Assembly (NCBI GenBank): GCA_964016885.1
Contig: OZ024740.1
Location: 404,674,001 to 404,738,000 of the forward strand
Origin: Eledone cirrhosa
Taxonomy: Eukaryota
Direction: 5' to 3'
DNA length: 64,000 nucleotides
This document shows, one piece after another, positions 58,479 to 64,000 of this stretch (the stretch's first letter is position 1; every line of letters starts with the position of its first letter). The notes below the pieces were generated by a model. The model had not been told where the DNA came from and made no database searches. It saw only the letters and a list, made by a program, of their open reading frames with translations. A program made the position numbers and the translations under genes.

Positions 58479-61421
58479 CATCATCATCATCATTTTACAT
58501 CCGCTTTTCCCTGCTTGCAAGGGTTGGACGGGTCCTATTCAGCACAGCATCTCTCCACTTGTCACGGTCCTTCGTCATCTCCTCGATGAGTTTCAGTGAT
58601 CTGAGGTCTGCTCTCACCACCCCCGCCCATGTTTTTCGTGGTCTACCTCTACTGCGTCTTCCCTCCACTTGGACTTCCTGGCACTTCTTCACTCAGCGGT
58701 CATCCTCCATGCGCATCACATGTCCATACCATCTCAGCCTTCTCTCCTGCACACCACAACTTATCTCTCTTATACCCAGTTTCTTTCTTTAGCCCATGCT
58801 AATTTGATCACCTAGGTACAGGAAGCTATCAACCACTTCTATAGAATCCACCTGCATTGGAAAAATTAGTCTATCACAGTGATTACTACTGTCAACTTTC
58901 CCTGTACATCTACTGCATACGTAGTTTTCCCTACCTGTTAGTTTGCCTGCTATCCCACTACATCTCTTGTGTACCCAAGATCTGTATTGTGTACATTTTA
59001 TAGAATTTATGCCAGTTCCTTTCCTACATATCAAACATAGCCATTTCCCTGATGGAATCAGAGTATTGTTCTCTCTTCTACTTATCAACACTTTTGTTTT
59101 AACTATGTTCACTTTCGGGCCTCTTGATTCCAACTGCTGTTTCCATAGCCAGAATTTATTCTCTAGCTCTTCTACTGATTCTGCTATAAGAACCAGATTG
59201 TCAGCATAGAGAAGTTCCCATGAGCATCCAGTCTTAAACTCCTCTGTTATGGCTTGGAGGACTATAATGAACAAGAGTGGGCTGAGGACCGAACCTTGAT
59301 GTACACCTACTTGTATCTGGAATTCCTCACTAAACTCTATTCCTATTCTCACTTTACTGACAGCACCCCTGTACATAGCTTGCACTGTCCTCACAAGCCA
59401 TTCCTCTACACCTAGTTTCCTTAGGGACCACCAGATGACAGATCGGGGTACCCTATCAAAGGCCTTTTTCTAGATCAACAAAAGCTAAGTATAGTGGCTT
59501 ATTCTTTTCTAAGAACCTCTCTTGTAGTTGCCTCACTAAGAAGAGGGCATCTGTTGTACTTTTCCGAGGCACAAAACCAAACTGCATCTCATCTAAATTG
59601 ACCCTTTCTCTAATCAGTTACACTAATATTCTCTCTGCCACTTTCATAACTTGATCCATCAGCTTTATGCCCTTATAATTGCTCCTCTCTAGAGCATCCC
59701 CTTTACCTTTGTAGCACTTTATGAGAATACTGCTGCACCAGTATTTGGGTATGACACCACCATATATAGCTTGATTAATGATGCGTGCAACCAGTTTAGT
59801 GCCTACGTCTCCTGATGCTTTCAGCATCTCAGAAACTATCCCCGACGGTCCAGCAGCCTTACCATTCTTCATTTCCTTAATCGCCTCTTGGACCCTATAT
59901 TCGTCAATCTCAATAGCTGGTCCCTTTGTCGGGTCTACTGGGGGCAATTCCTCTCTGTCCCATTCGTTCTCTACATTCATCAGTCTCTCATAATGACATT
60001 TCCAGGCCTCCTTCTTTTGATTATTTGTGACACTAAGTACCCCAGCATCATTCCGGATACACTTATCTCCAACAACATCTTGATTCACACTGACACACTG
60101 CCTTGCAATGTGGAACACCGCACGTCTCTGATCTTCCCATCGTAGAACATTGGCAAACCTCATACTCTCAGCCTCCCTGCGTGTTAAGTACACCTGACAT
60201 CTAGCTTCTCTCTTAGCGGCTGTGTATCCGTCTCTACTCCCACCATTTTTCCAAGCTTTCCATGCCAGTCTTTTGTCTCTAATGGCCCTATCTACTGTGC
60301 TGTTCCACCACCAGGTCACTCTCTGTCTGGTTGAAGCACTGCCACAACCACAAGTTTCTTCAGTAGCCTGCAGTAAGTTGTCATGCAAGAAATTCCAGTT
60401 ATCATCTATGTCATACAACTCTAAATCGTCTTCTTTTTCGTCGTACACATCGTGAAGGGCTTTGCTAAATTTATATTTTAATGAAAGGACTTTTAGCTTC
60501 CAGATCTTTCTTTTCCACACCTTCCTGTATGTCTCATTCTTTCTCTTGCTTACTGAGATGTCACTAACGACTAACCTATGCTGTGGGGTACATTCTTCCC
60601 CAGGGTATGCCTTAGTATTTGACACCATCCATCTGTCTCACTGTCTAGCTAGCAGGAAGTCAATCTGGCTTATGTGCTCACCTGATTTGTAGGTTATTAG
60701 GTGGTTGGTAGGCTTCTGGAAGTTAGTGTTGCAAATGGTTAGTGCATTTGCATCACAAAATTCAAGAAGCCTCACTCCATCTTCATTTCTTGAGCCGTAA
60801 CCATGCCCACCATGTACCCCAGTGTATCCATCCTGGAGCTGTCCAACATGTCCATTGAAGTCCCCTGCTAGCATAACAATGTCTCTGTCCTCTATCATTG
60901 AGGCTGTCTGTAAAAGTTGCTCGTAAAAGCCGTCTTTCTCTTCTTTACCTAGGCCTGCCTGGGGAGCATAGGCAGAGATGATTGTCAGTAGTCTCTTGCC
61001 TACAACTAACCTAAGCTTAATTATTCTATTACTAACTCTAACTACCTCAATTGTCTTATTGATCCATCTCTCAGCCAGTAATATGCCCACCCCACCTAAC
61101 CCATCATCACTACCCACCCAGAAAAGCTTATAACTATGCTGTTTGCCTGCGATTAGTCTTGCAGAGGCACCTCTCCATCTCACCTCTTGCACACAGCACA
61201 CATCCACATGCTTTCTCTCCAGCATCTCCGTTATCTCACCAGATCTACCTGTTAGAGTCCCAACATTAAGTGTGGAAACTCTGAGATGCGACGTCCCATT
61301 CTTTTTCCTGTTCTGCGATTGCTTGATGACGGTCGGGGGGTTCTCACACATGGCCACACTAGCCACCCCACTACCGTGCGCAGCCTTAACATGGTTAGTG
61401 TTATTGCTGTTTACGCAGCTG
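58479..61421 (-). mobile_element. Near full-length RTE-clade LINE (APE endonuclease + RT), degenerate
   Basis: TLNVGTL, QEVRW, AYAPQ, GDFNGHVG, SQIDF endonuclease; KAAGPSG, GVHQGSVLSPLLF, LYADN RT; stops, frameshifts and a deletion near 58790; (GAT)n tail. Confidence 0.92.
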
Positions 61422-61587
61422 TTTTTATGTATATATATATGCATGCATGTATGTTCACTTTTATATATATATATATGCATGCACAATGTTCACTTTCCTG
61501 ACATTTGTACATTATTCTATGCACTATACATGCACCTTTGATGAGTTGTAGTGCACCTGAGCATTGTACACAATAATTTTCATTATC

Positions 61588-61622
<35 letters not shown>

Positions 61623-62145
61623 GAGCTTCTATACAGTTTTCCATCCACCAAATTTTACTCACAAGGCATTGGTCAACCAACCAAATCGGTATTAGAAAAC
61701 ACTTGTCCAAGGTGCCATGCAGGGGAACTGAACCCTTATCAACACATGCCTGTGCCTATATAGATAAAACTGATAGGATCTGGCCATTGACAAGACCCAA
61801 GCAACACGTCTGCATTTGAACCATTTTATGTAACTTTTCCATCGTTCTTACAATTTCCTTAAGGAAGATGGTCAATTCACAAGCAAACAACATGCAGATG
61901 AATACTTGTATATGTGTGTTTGTTTGAGTCTGAATATGCATATATTTGTATCAATTAAGGTTAATTATTCATAAACATAGATATATTGGAATCAGAAAAC
62001 AAATAAATATTCATGTCTTGAGCTGACAGATCTATTTTTAGTAGTAAACGTGTATATATAGGCTAAATTTAAGCAAGTTCTGTGGAAAACTTTTTCTATC
62101 TCTTTCTCACCCCACTCTCTCTCTCTCTCCATCTCTGACTGTCTG

Positions 62146-62198
<53 letters not shown>

Positions 62199-62235
62199 AT
62201 ATATATCATCATCATCATCATCATCTATATATATA

Positions 62236-62268
<33 letters not shown>

Positions 62269-62594
62269 TAAATAGAAATACTCTAATTCTCAGAAATATT
62301 CATTAGGTAGTCATGTACAAACAAGACAAACTACTTGATAGAAAAATAACTGGAGAAAATTCCCATCTTTATAATAACAAAGACTAAACATATTTAGTTT
62401 TTGGAAAAAACTTTGAGAAATTCATTGAAACTTGTTACTGGTAGTCTTGCTGGTCTTTTTCACTGAGATTGATCTGAATAAAAAATGGAGGATTATTTCA
62501 GGGAGCATTGTTAACAAAGAGATTTTATAGTAAATAAACTGATGATTAGAAAACAATGAAGTGTTCAGTGTTATACAATATTAGAATAAGTTGT

Positions 62595-62610
62595 TTGTGT
62601 GAGAGAGATA

Positions 62611-62647
<37 letters not shown>

Positions 62648-62758
62648 ATAGTGTGTGTGTGTGTGAGAGAGAGAGTGAGTGAGTGCGTGTGTGTGTGTGA
62701 GAGAGAGAGATAGAAAATGTGTGTGAGAGAGAGTGTGTGAGAGAGAGAGAGAGAGTGC

Positions 62759-62789
<31 letters not shown>

Positions 62790-62880
62790 TGCGTGTGTGT
62801 GTGTGTGAGAGAGAGATAGAAAATGTGTGTGTGAGAGAGAGAGAGTGTGTGAGAGAGAGAGTGAGAGAGAGTGTGAGAGA

Positions 62881-62951
<71 letters not shown>

Positions 62952-62970
62952 TGTGTGTGTGTGTGTGCAT
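62595..62970. repeat. Compound (GA)n/(GT)n microsatellite
   Basis: Direct inspection. Confidence 0.95.
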
Positions 62971-63525
62971 GTACATGTATGTGTTTCTGTGTCCAATAGT
63001 TACCAGAAGGAAATAGCTAATAAAAAAGAGATGGTGTAGAACAAGTCAATGGGAGGAGAAGATAAACAGTTACAATGAGTGAGAAGAAGGGGGATCAGGA
63101 GCAAGAGAGGGAGAGAAAGAAAGAAAGACATATAAGTGGTAGTGCTGGTGACATAATAAAATTCATCTAGTACACCCTGTAAATTAGTAGCATGAATATG
63201 ACAATAAAATGTACCCAGTACACTCACTAAACTGGTACTGCTGGTGTTATGATAGGAGGTGGAATTTGATGACATTTAAATTTCAACTGAAATTTTAAAA
63301 TGTATTTCTTGTTGTAGTTGGTGTTGCTGTTTTACCTTGGATCAACCTTGACCAAGCAGACTTATGATCAAACATGTTCTTGACATGGCCATCTGTCTAT
63401 TTTTTTTTTTTATCAATCTCTGTAATGTTTCTTTTAAGATGATAATAATAATAATGAAATTATTGTGTACAGTGCTCAGGTGCACTACAACTCATCAAAG
63501 GTGCATGTATAGTACATAGAATAAT

Positions 63526-63711
63526 TGTTTCTACTTTTGGCACAAGGCCAGCAATTACCCAGTGTATTACTGGTACTTTATTTTATCGACCCCGTAAGGA
63601 GGATGAAAGGCAAAGTTAACCTTGGCGGGATTTGAACTCAGAATGGCAAGGGCTGTAACTCTATGCGTCAAAGCATGACATCCGACCCTCTACCGATACT
63701 GCCAATCCACC
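63526..63711 (-). mobile_element. SINE inserted in a CR1 3' fragment
   Basis: 14-bp TSD gtacatagaataat. Confidence 0.88.
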
Positions 63712-64000
63712 GTACATAGAATAATGTTCAGATATAACAGAGATTTGTCTGCTCTTCTTGCAAATTTAGTGGCCATGTAGAAGCTTACTTGTTGGCTCAA
63801 TATTATCTCATGTCAGTGATGGATTAACAAGTAAATATGGGTTTACATTAATTATATTTTTAAACAGACTATGGACTAGATAGATATATAAAGCCAATGT
63901 GAAAGAGAATAAAATAGAACCCAGTAGAAATAAGATCTTTGTCTCTTTAATTGATATCTCAAAATTTTTGTTTATTTTTTAGTGCTGTTGTCATGATAAA

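Noticed and set aside
61756-62475. Minus-strand acceptor-like sites with short open frames (possible neighbouring gene end)
   Set aside because: No consistent exon chain or recognisable protein.

Overview
Eukaryotic, AT-rich, repeat-dense animal DNA. The SINE, RTE and microsatellite content suggests a coleoid cephalopod such as Octopus (inference). Most entries in the ORF track are microsatellite or antisense noise. The main host feature is a minus-strand multi-exon gene that the ORF track does not resolve. I reconstructed it by hand as 17 phase-consistent GT-AG coding exons (43049 down to 4153, about 579 codons, last exon apparently off the left edge), and its motifs match CEP89/CCDC123. Its introns and upstream region contain: a full-length, GC-rich, 4.1 kb LTR retrotransposon with a -1 frameshift heptamer and pseudoknot; a Merlin/IS1595-like DNA transposon with long TIRs; a piggyBac relic and its MITEs; RTE, CR1, Tx1, Penelope and R4-like LINE fragments; two Helitron-like elements; tRNA-derived SINEs that target ATTA; and several fold-back hairpins, some carrying degenerate hammerhead-ribozyme cores. 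A good RFX X-box lies upstream. I saw no rRNA, tRNA gene or CRISPR array. All homology calls come from remembered motifs, not database searches.
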